Assembly (NCBI GenBank): GCA_964016885.1
Contig: OZ024743.1
Coordinates: forward strand, 157,046,001 to 157,110,000
Source of the DNA: Eledone cirrhosa
Lineage: Eukaryota
DNA length: 64,000 nt
Direction: 5' to 3'
The notes under the pieces are model-generated. The model saw only the letters and a list, made by a program, of their open reading frames with translations. It did not search any database and was not told where the DNA came from. The translations under genes and the position numbers were made by a program. Positions 47,340 to 58,538 of this stretch are shown here, in pieces; position 1 is the first letter of the stretch; the number at the start of each line of letters is the position of its first letter.

Positions 47340-49250
47340 ATGGCGGAGCCACGCCCCCTAGAGGCGGGTCTGCTGTCGTGCAACGGCGACTTGAGCGTTG
47401 AGAGGAGAGGTGAGGCGAGGAGCGCCACCAGCACGAATGTGAGCAGCGACAGTGCCAGCACCAACGGGCCGAGCGGCGCGGAAGGTGGTAACAGCGACAA
47501 CACCAACACCAACAAGCCGAACAGCGCAGAAGGTGGTAATAGCGAGAGCACCAACAAAACGAACAGCACAGAGAGTAATAGTAGCGACAGCAGCAGCACC
47601 AACAAGGCCAACAGCACAGAAGGTAACCACGACACAGGGGAGAACAACAACAGCAATAGCAGCAGCAACACCAACAAGAACAACAACAGTGACAACACCA
47701 ACAAGAACACTTTCGCTGCTGTGGCAGCGGCTAAAAGGAGACCATGCTACAGCATCGACTTAACCAACAGAGAGGAAAAGTTGGCCCAGGCCTGGAAAAT
47801 CATAAATCAAGAGCAGACCTGGGCAAACTTAACTGTCCCGGCAGAAGCCATTGAGGCAGTGGAAAAAAGAACGGTGCATTTCAGATGCATCTCAGTAGAG
47901 ACAAAGAGGGCAGCGATAATCGCCCAAGCTGACATAGAAGCCGCACTGAAATACATCAGAGAGGACACAGACTTCATAGAGAGGGGCAGGCAATACGGCA
48001 CCGTTTCGGTGCTGTTCAAGTCTGAAGCCCTCGCTGTGAAGCATTCAATGACCCCTTGCAAAACCAGCAAGGTCATAATGTACCCCTCCCACATGGGAAA
48101 ACGAATAGCACGTGTGCGCATTCCCAGGATTCCACCAGGACTTGATATGTGGTGGCTCCTGGGTTGCGTAATCGTGGAAGGAACGGATACAGTCCCGGTA
48201 GAGGCAACGAGAACTGCCAGGGACGACTGGTCCGGGGTTGATCTGGAGATACTGCTCCAAATCAGACCCGAAAACGTAAAAACAATCCCGGACCACATCC
48301 GCCTCCAAAACGGGAGGGTGTTGCATATAATGACTGAGGGCAAAAGGCCGCATTGTTTCCTTTGTGGGGAAACGACACACTTGCGAGCCTTCTGCCCTCA
48401 ACTGCCGAAAAGCGCAAGGGGTCGAAAGATTCCACTGCTGGCGACGCCGGGACAAGGACCACCAGCAACACCGTCAACAATGGAACCACCAAAATTGCAC
48501 ACCCAGGGGGGAAACGAGGAAAGCTCTCCCATTCCCCCTCCCCTCAAAAATACACACACGAACAAGAACATAAACACTCACTCAGACACAAACACGCTCA
48601 CAGCCACAGACCCCTCATCCTCCAGCAGTGAAGATGAGGGAAAACCAAAGTCCCCCAAAATACAAAAAACAAAACACAAAAAAAAAAGAAATCCACAAAG
48701 CACAAACACCCCCACAAAAAAAAATACACACACCACCCACACAAACATTTTCCCCACAGCATCACCAACACAACCACCAAAATCCCCCAAACGCAAACAA
48801 GCTAAACAGACACAAGAACAAATAGACACACAAACATCAGAAACTACAGACACCCCACCCACAACAAACGCAGACACAATAGAAACAACACTAACAAAGC
48901 TATCACCACCACAATCACACGAACAAATAAAACCCGAGCAACAAAACATTAAAAACTTCGTGCTTGCCAGAAGGGCCAACACGGAATTGATGGCCCATGT
49001 AGCACGAAGCACAAACATCGAAAAAGACGGGGAAACATTTGAAGCGAGCACATTTCGCGTACCAGATAATTTGCTTCTGATGCGAATGTCGCTCGCTTCA
49101 TACAAAGAAATTCGAAAGAGCTTTCCTCGGGATGTGGGAACCCCGAACGTAAAACCCACGTCAAGACTATTAAAGGGGTTCCCAAAAGAAACCCCACAAA
49201 CCATGGAGGTCGAACCACCCGACCTTCACAAGACCCCGGAAGGTAAGTAA
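47340..49250 (+). CDS. LINE ORF1p (copy 3)
   Basis: 636 aa, same protein as copy 2. Confidence 0.92.
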   Translation: MAEPRPLEAGLLSCNGDLSVERRGEARSATSTNVSSDSASTNGPSGAEGGNSDNTNTNKPNSAEGGNSESTNKTNSTESNSSDSSSTNKANSTEGNHDTGENNNSNSSSNTNKNNNSDNTNKNTFAAVAAAKRRPCYSIDLTNREEKLAQAWKIINQEQTWANLTVPAEAIEAVEKRTVHFRCISVETKRAAIIAQADIEAALKYIREDTDFIERGRQYGTVSVLFKSEALAVKHSMTPCKTSKVIMYPSHMGKRIARVRIPRIPPGLDMWWLLGCVIVEGTDTVPVEATRTARDDWSGVDLEILLQIRPENVKTIPDHIRLQNGRVLHIMTEGKRPHCFLCGETTHLRAFCPQLPKSARGRKIPLLATPGQGPPATPSTMEPPKLHTQGGNEESSPIPPPLKNTHTNKNINTHSDTNTLTATDPSSSSSEDEGKPKSPKIQKTKHKKKRNPQSTNTPTKKNTHTTHTNIFPTASPTQPPKSPKRKQAKQTQEQIDTQTSETTDTPPTTNADTIETTLTKLSPPQSHEQIKPEQQNIKNFVLARRANTELMAHVARSTNIEKDGETFEASTFRVPDNLLLMRMSLASYKEIRKSFPRDVGTPNVKPTSRLLKGFPKETPQTMEVEPPDLHKTPEGK

Positions 49251-49279
49251 ACCTTTCCTCTCCCATTCATCCTGCCAGC

Positions 49280-52200
49280 ATGGCCATAAGAGTAGGAAGT
49301 TTAAATGTTCGTGGCCTGGGGTCGCCCTGGAAGCAAGGTCACTTGCTCAACGACCTCAGGTCACTAGGAATGGATGTAATTGCCATCAGCGAGACCAGAA
49401 TTTCCGACACACGCGCACTGGCGCCGATTTTCGACGATTATCAGATCTTTGCATCTGTTAGTCGGCCGGGAATGGGAGGTGGAGTGGCTGTGCTGTTTAG
49501 GAAATGTCTGGATCTCGAGGTAAGGTCAATCTTCCGGGATCCTGACGGAAAGTTGGTGGTCCTGGACGTGAGCAATAGCGAAGGTGGTGCCTTTAGACTG
49601 GTGGCCGTCTACGCCCCTACTGGGGCCGGTCGGCCGGACTTCTTTAGGCGCCTGGAAAACTTTCTGCTTACGTCTCGCCCTTTACTGTTAATAGGGGATT
49701 GGAATGGCATCTTAGAAGCACGCTGGGATTGTGTGGGAGTATCTGATAGGAGCGGGGGGTGCAAAAGCCTCAAGTACCTGATCAGCCAGTTTCAACTGTC
49801 TGACAGGTACCGACTAGATTTCCCTAATGCGCCAGTATGGACCTGGACCAATCGCATAGGGTCATCTAGATCGTACATAGATAGGATTTTCATTAGGAAA
49901 AGAGATAGAAATAGTGTAGGATGTCCACATTTTAAAACGGTTGCCTATTCAGATCACAAGCTTGTGATCTGTATGGTCGACCTAGATAAGACACGTAGGT
50001 TAGGACCTAGCTACTGGAAGCTAAACATGTCGTTTCCGGCACGTAAAGCTTACAGGGACCGGGTCAACAACTTAGTTAAGCAAAAGTTGACAGGGGGGGT
50101 TGTCAACAACAGGTGGTGGGGGGCACTCAAAAGAGAGATTAGAGCAACCTCGATAGGATTTAGCAAAGAAGTAGCAATAGAGAAAAATAGAAAGGAGGAG
50201 GGGCTGATAGCTAAGTTAGACGAGGCTATTTGTAGTGGCATTGCAACAGACGTGCTAGCGGCGAGAATGGCACTAGACCATTTCTTCAATGCGAAACACG
50301 AAGGTTGCATTGTCAGAGCTAAGGCGCGTGCTCTGAGGAACGAGGGAACCAAAGCTGCCCGATGGGCTCGCTTTGCAGAGACGCAGCGTGGAAATAAAAC
50401 CACAATTCGGTCTTTGACGGATCGAGATGGACACGAACTGAGCGATTCCAAGCAGATGTGTGAGGCCTTTCGCCAGCACTTTGCTCGATTGTTCGGGAGG
50501 ATGGGTGAGTCGGAGACGGCGGCGGACTTCAGTCCCTACCTCGACGGCTTGCCACGCCTCTCGACGGCCGACGCTGAGCGCTGCGAAGAGCCGATAACAT
50601 CAGCCGAAATTCAGGACGCCCTTGTCGGCTGCTCGAGTCGCAAGTCACCCGGTTTGGATGGTCTGCCCTACGAGCTTTACGTAAATATGCCAGACTTGTT
50701 CTCCGATCTCCTCGAAGCGCTCTACTGCAACTGGCAGCAGAACGGGAGCATTCCCAGTTCTGTGAGCCGTGGCGTAGTGACGCTGATAAGGAAAGACGAG
50801 AACAAGAGGGACACACTAGATAATTTCAGGCCCATAACCCTGCTCAACACAGAGTTTAAGATTTTGGCCAAGGTGTTAGCGAAAAGGTTGGCGCTTGTCG
50901 TCAAAGATTTGGTTGGGGAGGCGCAAACTTGCGCAATCCCGACCAGGTCCATACACGACAACCTCCACCTCATGCGATACATCATAGAGAGGGTTGGGTG
51001 CAAACCTGGCTTCGGTGGGGCTCTGATCAATTTAGATCAATCGAAAGCATTCGATAGGGTCGACCATCGGTACTTGGAGGCTGTCCTCGAGGCGGCTGGC
51101 TTCGGCCCCGTCTTCAGAAGCTGGATCGCTGCAATGTACAGCGGCATCCGCTCGGTGGTCAAAGTTAATGGCCACCTCTCGGAACCGTTTCAGATCTCTC
51201 GATCGGTCCGTCAAGGGTGCCCTCTCTCCTCACTTCTGTACGTATTGACTCTTGAGCCTCTACTGCGGAAGCTGGAGTTGTTGCAGGGCATCCCGCTCGA
51301 ACCGGGACGTAGAAAGGCTGCGTCCGCTTATGCGGACGACATCACCGTGATGGTGTCGGACACCTCGGAAATCGAGGTGATCCGCACCCATTTGGAGGAA
51401 TATGAAAGGTTGACGGGAGCAAAACTTAACCCGGAAAAGTCGGTGGGCTTGCAGCTCGGCACTTGGAGAGGCAAGTCCATGCCGTCCAACAGCGTCGTTG
51501 GGCGCTGGACAGACGGACCGGTAAAGTTGCTCGGGGTTTGGTTCGGACCAGACCTCCAGGTGGATAAGAATTGGGACGAGGTGACGAGCAGGATAGCCAA
51601 CCTCACCCAGAAATGGGCTGAGAGAAAGCTATCACTGAAAGGGCGGGCGGAGGTGGCGAACGCGTACATCGCGTCCGTCATCTACTACCGCCTGACCGTC
51701 GTGCCTTGCCCCCGTCCACGCCTCGCCAATTTGGAACGGCTCCTTTTCAAATTTTTGTGGAGGGGACGGGTCCCGTTGGTGAGGCGGTCCATCTGCTGCC
51801 AGCACCCTCTTCGTGGAGGGCTGGGCATGCCGTGGCTAATGATGCGCAGACATGCGCTGAGGCTGCGACATCTCCAGATATTTTGCCTAAACGGTGAACA
51901 GGTGTGGTCGCCGTTTGTTAGACGGGCCTTTCCGCAGCTCATCTCTTTGACTGAGCTGCAGTCCTGGGTCAAGAAGAGACCGAGACTGGGCGACTGGCAT
52001 CTGGAATGTTGCCAGGCGCTCACTGCACTCTGCAAGGTGGGCAATGCGGTCAGTGGAACTTCCACTCAAGATTTCTATAGAGGATTAGTGGAGGGCAAGT
52101 GCGATGACGTACTAGGAGAGGCTCTGGGCGTCAACGAAGTAGAACTGACCAGTATGTTCCGGAGGACTTTCGAGCCGGGGACGATGGATAACTTCCAGAA

Positions 52201-52699
52201 ATCCCTCGCTTGGCAGTGCTACCGGGGGGCGCTGCCGGTTCGGGATAAACTCTACAGGCACGGAAGTGCTGTCAGACGAACCTGCCCGAGATGCGCGCAG
52301 AGCGACGAAACCGTTCTGCACGCACTCGTCCAGTGTCCGTGCATTGCTGACTTGTGGGGTTATGTCGAACAGCTATTGTCGCGTGTAGAACGGATCCGGC
52401 TATCGTCCGAGTCCATAGTGAAGATTGACCCGCCGCCTTCTTTTGGTCAGGAAGGGCAGGCAATTTTCCTCTGCCTGGTGGCAGTAGCGAAAGAGGTTGC
52501 ATGGTGGACCAGGTTGAAAGGACTGAAGACAGACACTTTTCTCTTCGGCCAATCCCTCATCAACTTCTTCAAGTTTCACTTGGAAAGGAAGGTGAGGGTG
52601 GAGAGAGAAGTGCTGCCCCCCAGTACATTTACTGAAAGGTGGGTGAATGTGGCGAGAATGGCCCGCGTGAGTGGGCCTACTCTGATCATGCGCCTGTAG
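49280..52699 (+). CDS. LINE ORF2p APE-RT-CCHC (copy 3)
   Basis: 1139 aa intact; TSAEI variant. Confidence 0.97.
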   Translation: MAIRVGSLNVRGLGSPWKQGHLLNDLRSLGMDVIAISETRISDTRALAPIFDDYQIFASVSRPGMGGGVAVLFRKCLDLEVRSIFRDPDGKLVVLDVSNSEGGAFRLVAVYAPTGAGRPDFFRRLENFLLTSRPLLLIGDWNGILEARWDCVGVSDRSGGCKSLKYLISQFQLSDRYRLDFPNAPVWTWTNRIGSSRSYIDRIFIRKRDRNSVGCPHFKTVAYSDHKLVICMVDLDKTRRLGPSYWKLNMSFPARKAYRDRVNNLVKQKLTGGVVNNRWWGALKREIRATSIGFSKEVAIEKNRKEEGLIAKLDEAICSGIATDVLAARMALDHFFNAKHEGCIVRAKARALRNEGTKAARWARFAETQRGNKTTIRSLTDRDGHELSDSKQMCEAFRQHFARLFGRMGESETAADFSPYLDGLPRLSTADAERCEEPITSAEIQDALVGCSSRKSPGLDGLPYELYVNMPDLFSDLLEALYCNWQQNGSIPSSVSRGVVTLIRKDENKRDTLDNFRPITLLNTEFKILAKVLAKRLALVVKDLVGEAQTCAIPTRSIHDNLHLMRYIIERVGCKPGFGGALINLDQSKAFDRVDHRYLEAVLEAAGFGPVFRSWIAAMYSGIRSVVKVNGHLSEPFQISRSVRQGCPLSSLLYVLTLEPLLRKLELLQGIPLEPGRRKAASAYADDITVMVSDTSEIEVIRTHLEEYERLTGAKLNPEKSVGLQLGTWRGKSMPSNSVVGRWTDGPVKLLGVWFGPDLQVDKNWDEVTSRIANLTQKWAERKLSLKGRAEVANAYIASVIYYRLTVVPCPRPRLANLERLLFKFLWRGRVPLVRRSICCQHPLRGGLGMPWLMMRRHALRLRHLQIFCLNGEQVWSPFVRRAFPQLISLTELQSWVKKRPRLGDWHLECCQALTALCKVGNAVSGTSTQDFYRGLVEGKCDDVLGEALGVNEVELTSMFRRTFEPGTMDNFQKSLAWQCYRGALPVRDKLYRHGSAVRRTCPRCAQSDETVLHALVQCPCIADLWGYVEQLLSRVERIRLSSESIVKIDPPPSFGQEGQAIFLCLVAVAKEVAWWTRLKGLKTDTFLFGQSLINFFKFHLERKVRVEREVLPPSTFTERWVNVARMARVSGPTLIMRL

Positions 52700-53179
52700 G
52701 CTGGTGAATTCGAGAAGGAGAGGGGTGCCCTTCCCGGGTGCCCTAGGAGCGTCGGGTGGCTCAGGACTGGTGGGGTGCTTGAGTCAACCCTGGGTGGTGA
52801 TCCCTCTTATTGGGGAACTTTCATTGTTGTATTTTTATTGTTATTTTGTTTTTTTGTTATTTATACTTACTCGATCTCTATGTAAACCCCCACTGTCCCT
52901 GTCTATTGTGTTGTCCCCTATATGTCGGCCCTTGTGGCCAATAAATGAAATCATTATTATTATTATTGACGAAAGTGGATGTACGTTTTTTGAAGCTCCG
53001 TGAGTAAGCAATTTTTTGAGGATTAATTGTAGAGAATTGTTTATTTTTTGTACCGCTGAAGCATTATAAGACATTAATTTGTATCCTGTGAAGGAATAAC
53101 TCATAATATTTGGGCCTTTTGGCCCAAATATTTGAACTTTATTTTGAAAAAAAAATAATAATTTTTTTCTCAAAAAAAC

Positions 53180-55089
53180 ATGGCGGAGCCACGCCCCCTA
53201 GAGGCGGGTCTGCTGTCGTGCAACGGCGACTTGAGCGTTGAGAGGAGAGGTGAGGCGAGGAGCGCCACCAGCACGAATGTGAGCAGCGACAGTGCCAGCA
53301 CCAACGGGCCGAGCGGCGCGGAAGGTGGTAACAGCGACAACACCAACACCAACAAGCCGAACAGCGCAGAAGGTGGTAATAGCGAGAGCACCAACAAAAC
53401 GAACAGCACAGAGAGTAATAGTAGCGACAGCAACAGCACCAACAAGGCCAACAGCACAGAGGGTAACCACGACACAGGGGAGAACAACAACAGCAATAGC
53501 AGCAGCAACACCAACAAGAACAACAACAGTGACAACACCAACAAGAACACCTTCGCTGCTGTGGCAGCGGCTAAAAGGAGACCATGCTACAGCATCGACT
53601 TAACCAACAGAGAGGAAAAGTTGGCCCAGGCCTGGAAAATCATAAATCAAGAGCAGACCTGGGCAAACTTAACTGTCCCGGCAGAAGCCATTGAGGCAGT
53701 GGAAAAAAGAACGGTGCATTTCAGATGCATCTCAGTAGAGACAAAGAGGGCAGCGATAATCGCCCAAGCTGATATAGAAGCCGCACTGAAATACATCAGA
53801 GAGGACACAGACTTCATAGAGAGGGGCAGGCAATACGGCACCGTTTCGGTGCTGTTCAAGTCTGAAGCCCTCGCTGTGAAGCATTCAATGACCCCTTGCA
53901 AAACCAGCAAGGTTATAATGTACCCCTCCCACATGGGAAAACGAATAGCACGTGTGCGCATTCCCAGGATTCCACCAGGACTTGATATGTGGTGGCTCCT
54001 GGGTTGCGTAATCGTGGAAGGAACGGATACAGTCCCGGTAGAGGCAACGAGAACTGCCAGGGACGACTGGTCCGGGGTTGATCTGGAGATACTGCTCCAA
54101 ATCAGACCCGAAAACGTAAAAGCAATCCCGGACCACATCCGCCTCCAAAACGGGAGGGTGTTGCATATAATGACTGAGGGCAAAAGGCCGCATTGTTTCC
54201 TTTGTGGGGAAACGACACACTTGCGAGCCTTCTGCCCTCAACTGCCGAAAAGCGCAAGGGGTCGAAAGATTCCACTGCTGGCGACGCCGGGACAAGGACC
54301 ACCAGCAACACCGTCAACAATGGAACCACCAACATTGCACACCCAGGGGGGAAACGAGGAAAGCTCTCCCATTCCCCCTCCCCCCCAAAATACACACACG
54401 AACAAGAACATAAACACTCACTCAGACACAAACACGCTCACAGCCACAGACCCCTCATCCTCCAGCAGTGAAGATGAGGGAAAACCAAAGTCCCCCAAAA
54501 TACAAAAAACAAAACACAAAAAAAAAGAAATCCACAAAGCACAAACACCCCCACAAAAAAAAATACACACACCACCCACACAAACATTTTCCCCACAGCA
54601 TCACCAACACAACCACCAAAATCCCCCAAACGCAAACAAGCTAAACAGACACAAGAACAAATAGACACACAAACATCAGAAACTACAGACACCCCACCCA
54701 CAACAAACGCAGACACAATAGAAACAACACTAACAAAGCTATCACCACCACAATCACACGAACAAATAAAACCCGAGCAACAAAACATTAAAAACTTCGT
54801 GCTTGCCAGAAGGGCCAACACGGAATTGATGGCCCATGTAGCACGAAGCACAAACATCGAAAAAGACGGGGAAACATTTGAAGCGAGCACATTTCGCGTA
54901 CCAGATAATTTGCTTCTGATGCGAATGTCGCTCGCTTCATACAAAGAAATTCGAAAGAGCTTTCCTCGGGATGTGGGAACCCCGAACGTAAAACCCACGT
55001 CAAGACTATTAAAGGGGTTCCCAAAAGAAACCCCACAAACCATGGCGGTCGAACCACCCGACCTTCACAAGACCCCGGAAGGTAAGTAA
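53180..55089 (+). pseudogene. LINE ORF1 (copy 4) with -1 frameshift in an A-run
   Basis: A9 at 54518-54526 versus A10 in the other copies splits the ORF into 53180-54664 and 54799-55089. May be a sequencing error. Confidence 0.7.
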
Positions 55090-55118
55090 ACCTTTCCTCT
55101 CCCATTCATCCTGCCAGC

Positions 55119-58100
55119 ATGGCCATAAGAGTAGGAAGTTTAAATGTTCGTGGCCTGGGGTCGCCCTGGAAGCAAGGTCACTTGCTCAACGACCTCAGGT
55201 CACTAGGAATGGATGTAATTGCCATCAGCGAGACCAGAATTTCCGACACACGCGCACTGGCGCCGATTTTCGACGATTATCAGATCTTTGCATCTGTTAG
55301 TCGGCCGGGAATGGGAGGTGGAGTGGCTGTGCTGTTTAGGAAATGTCTGGATCTCGAGGTAAGGTCAATCTTCCGGGATCCTGACGGAAAGTTGGTGGTC
55401 CTGGACGTGAGCAATAGCGAAGGTGGTGCCTTTAGACTGGTGGCCGTCTACGCCCCTACTGGGGCCGGTCGGCCGGACTTCTTTAGGCGCCTGGAAAACT
55501 TTCTGCTTACGTCTCGCCCTTTACTGTTAATAGGGGATTGGAATGGCATCTTAGAAGCACGCTGGGATTGTGTGGGAGTATCTGATAGGAGCGGGGGGTG
55601 CAACAGCCTCAAGTACCTGATCAGCCAGTTTCAACTGTCTGACAGGTACCGACTAGATTTCCCTAATGCGCCAGTATGGACCTGGACCAATCGCATAGGG
55701 TCATCTAGATCGTACATAGATAGGATTTTCATTAGGAAAAGAGATAGAAATAGTGTAGGATGTCCACATTTTAAAACGGTTGCCTATTCAGATCACAAGC
55801 TTGTGATCTGTATGGTCGACCTAGATAAGACACGTAGGTTAGGACCTAGCTACTGGAAGCTAAACATGTCGTTTCCGGCACGTAAAGCTTACAGGGACCG
55901 GGTCAACAACTTAGTTAAGCAAAAGTTGACAGGGGGGGTTGTCAACAACAGGTGGTGGGGGGCACTCAAAAGAGAGATTAGAGCAACCTCGATAGGATTT
56001 AGCAAAGAAGTAGCAATAGAGAAAAATAGAAAGGAGGAGGGGCTGATAGCTAAGTTAGACGAGGCTATTTGTAGTGGCATTGCAACAGACGTGCTAGCGG
56101 CGAGAATGGCACTAGACCATTTCTTCAATGCGAAACACGAAGGTTGCATTGTCAGAGCTAAGGCGCGTGCTCTGAGGAACGAGGGAACCAAAGCTGCCCG
56201 ATGGGCTCGCTTTGCAGAGACGCAGCGTGGAAATAAAACCACAATTCGGTCTTTGACGGATCGAGATGGACACGAACTGAGCGATTCCAAGCAGATGTGT
56301 GAGGCCTTTCGCCAGCACTTTGCTCGATTGTTCGGGAGGATGGGTGAGTCGGAGACGGCGGCGGACTTCAGTCCCTACCTCGACGGCTTGCCACGCCTCT
56401 CGACGGCCGACGCTGAGCGCTGCGAAGAGCCGATAACATCAGTCGAAATTCAGGACGCCCTTGTCGGCTGCTCGAGTCGCAAGTCACCCGGTTTGGATGG
56501 TCTGCCCTACGAGCTTTACGTAAATATGCCAGATTTGTTCTCCGATCTTCTCGAAGCGCTCTACTGCAACTGGCAGCAGAACGGGAGCATTCCCAGTTCT
56601 GTGAGCCGTGGCGTAGTGACGCTGATAAGGAAAGACGAGAACAAGAGGGACACACTAGATAATTTCAGGCCCATAACCCTGCTCAACACAGAGTTTAAGA
56701 TTTTGGCCAAGGTGTTAGCGAAAAGGTTGGCGCTTGTCGTCAAAGATTTGGTTGGGGAGGCGCAAACTTGCGCAATCCCGACCAGGTCCATACACGACAA
56801 CCTCCACCTCATGCGATACATCATAGAGAGGGTTGGGTGCAAACCTGGCTTCGGTGGGGCTCTGATCAATTTAGATCAATCGAAAGCATTCGATAGGGTC
56901 GACCATCGGTACTTGGAGGCTGTCCTCGAGGCGGCTGGCTTCGGCCCCGTCTTCAGAAGCTGGATCGCTGCAATGTACAGCGGCATCTGCTCGGTGGTCA
57001 AAGTTAATGGCCACCTCTCGGAACCGTTTCAGATCTCTCGATCGGTCCGTCAAGGGTGCCCTCTCTCCTCACTTCTGTTCGTATTGACTCTTGAGCCTCT
57101 ACTGCGGAAGCTGGAGTTGTTGCAGGGCATCCCGCTCGAACCGGGACGTAGAAAGGCTGCGTCCGCTTATGCGGACGACATCACCGTGATGGTGTCGGAC
57201 ACCTCGGAAATCGAGGTGATCGGCACCCATTTGGAGGAATATGAAAGGTTGACGGGAGCAAAACTTAACCCGGAAAAGTCGGTGGGCTTGCAGCTCGGCA
57301 CCTGGAGAGGCAAGTCCATGCCGTCCAACAGCGTCGTTGGGCGCTGGACAGACGGACCGGTAAAGTTGCTCGGGGTTTGGTTCGGACCAGACCTCCAGGT
57401 GGATAAGAATTGGGACGAGGTGACGAGCAGGATAGCCAACCTCACCCAGAAATGGGCTGAGAGAAAGCTATCACTGAAAGGGCGGGCGGAGGTGGCGAAC
57501 GCGTACATCGCGTCCGTCATCTACTACCGCCTGACCGTCGTGCCTTGCCCCCGTCCACGCCTCGCCAATTTGGAACGGCTCCTTTTCAAATTTTTGTGGA
57601 GGGGACGGGTCCCGTTGGTGAGGCGGTCCATCTGCTGCCAGCACCCTCTTCGTGGAGGGCTGGGCATGCCGTGGCTAATGATGCGCAGACATGCGCTGAG
57701 GCTGCGACATCTCCAGATATTTTGCCTAAACGGTGAACAGGTGTGGTCGCCGTTTGTTAGACGGGCCTTTCCGCAGCTCATCTCTTTGACTGAGCTGCAG
57801 TCCTGGGTCAAGAAGAGACCGAGACTGGGCGACTGGCATCTGGAATGTTGCCAGGCGCTCACTGCACTCTGCAAGGTGGGCAATGCGGTCAGTGGAACTT
57901 CCACTCAAGATTTCTATAGAGGATTAGTGGAGGGCAAGTGCGATGACGTACTAGGAGAGGCTCTGGGCGTCAACGAAGTAGAACTGACCAGTATGTTCCG
58001 GAGGACTTTCGAGCCGGGGACGATGGATAACTTCCAGAAATCCCTCGCTTGGCAGTGCTACCGGGGGGCGCTGCCGGTTCGGGATAAACTCTACAGGCAC

Positions 58101-58538
58101 GGAAGTGCTGTCAGACGAACCTGCCCGAGATGCGCGCAGAGCGACGAAACCGTTCTGCACGCACTCGTCCAGTGTCCGTGCATTGCTGACTTGTGGGGTT
58201 ATGTCGAACAGCTATTGTCGCGTGTAGAACGGATCCAGCTATCGTCCGAGTCCATAGTGAAGATTGACCCGCCGCCTTCTTTTGGTCAGGAAGGGCAGGC
58301 AATTTTCCTCTGCCTGGTGGCAGTAGCGAAAGAGGTTGCATGGTGGACCAGGTTGAAAGGACTGAAGACAGACACTTTTCTCTTCGGCCAATCCCTCATC
58401 AACTTCTTCAAGTTTCACTTGGAAAGGAAGGTGAGGGTGGAGAGAGAAGTGCTGCCCCCCAGTACATTTACTGAAAGGTGGGTGAATGTGGCGAGAATGG
58501 CCCGCGTGAGTGGGCCTACTCTGATCATGCGCCTGTAG
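55119..58538 (+). CDS. LINE ORF2p APE-RT-CCHC (copy 4)
   Basis: 1139 aa intact; private variants GCNSL, GICSV, LLFVL, VIGTH, RIQLS. Confidence 0.97.
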   Translation: MAIRVGSLNVRGLGSPWKQGHLLNDLRSLGMDVIAISETRISDTRALAPIFDDYQIFASVSRPGMGGGVAVLFRKCLDLEVRSIFRDPDGKLVVLDVSNSEGGAFRLVAVYAPTGAGRPDFFRRLENFLLTSRPLLLIGDWNGILEARWDCVGVSDRSGGCNSLKYLISQFQLSDRYRLDFPNAPVWTWTNRIGSSRSYIDRIFIRKRDRNSVGCPHFKTVAYSDHKLVICMVDLDKTRRLGPSYWKLNMSFPARKAYRDRVNNLVKQKLTGGVVNNRWWGALKREIRATSIGFSKEVAIEKNRKEEGLIAKLDEAICSGIATDVLAARMALDHFFNAKHEGCIVRAKARALRNEGTKAARWARFAETQRGNKTTIRSLTDRDGHELSDSKQMCEAFRQHFARLFGRMGESETAADFSPYLDGLPRLSTADAERCEEPITSVEIQDALVGCSSRKSPGLDGLPYELYVNMPDLFSDLLEALYCNWQQNGSIPSSVSRGVVTLIRKDENKRDTLDNFRPITLLNTEFKILAKVLAKRLALVVKDLVGEAQTCAIPTRSIHDNLHLMRYIIERVGCKPGFGGALINLDQSKAFDRVDHRYLEAVLEAAGFGPVFRSWIAAMYSGICSVVKVNGHLSEPFQISRSVRQGCPLSSLLFVLTLEPLLRKLELLQGIPLEPGRRKAASAYADDITVMVSDTSEIEVIGTHLEEYERLTGAKLNPEKSVGLQLGTWRGKSMPSNSVVGRWTDGPVKLLGVWFGPDLQVDKNWDEVTSRIANLTQKWAERKLSLKGRAEVANAYIASVIYYRLTVVPCPRPRLANLERLLFKFLWRGRVPLVRRSICCQHPLRGGLGMPWLMMRRHALRLRHLQIFCLNGEQVWSPFVRRAFPQLISLTELQSWVKKRPRLGDWHLECCQALTALCKVGNAVSGTSTQDFYRGLVEGKCDDVLGEALGVNEVELTSMFRRTFEPGTMDNFQKSLAWQCYRGALPVRDKLYRHGSAVRRTCPRCAQSDETVLHALVQCPCIADLWGYVEQLLSRVERIQLSSESIVKIDPPPSFGQEGQAIFLCLVAVAKEVAWWTRLKGLKTDTFLFGQSLINFFKFHLERKVRVEREVLPPSTFTERWVNVARMARVSGPTLIMRL

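Larger units (their letters stand above)
47130..52967 (+). mobile_element. Tx1-type LINE copy 3 (intact)
   Basis: Near-identical to copy 2; (ATT)5 tail. Confidence 0.95.

Noticed and set aside
54518-54526. Programmed frameshift or true inactivation of copy 4 ORF1
   Set aside because: It is a single-base difference in an A homopolymer, and copy 4 has other homopolymer indels in both UTRs. A sequencing error cannot be excluded without reads.
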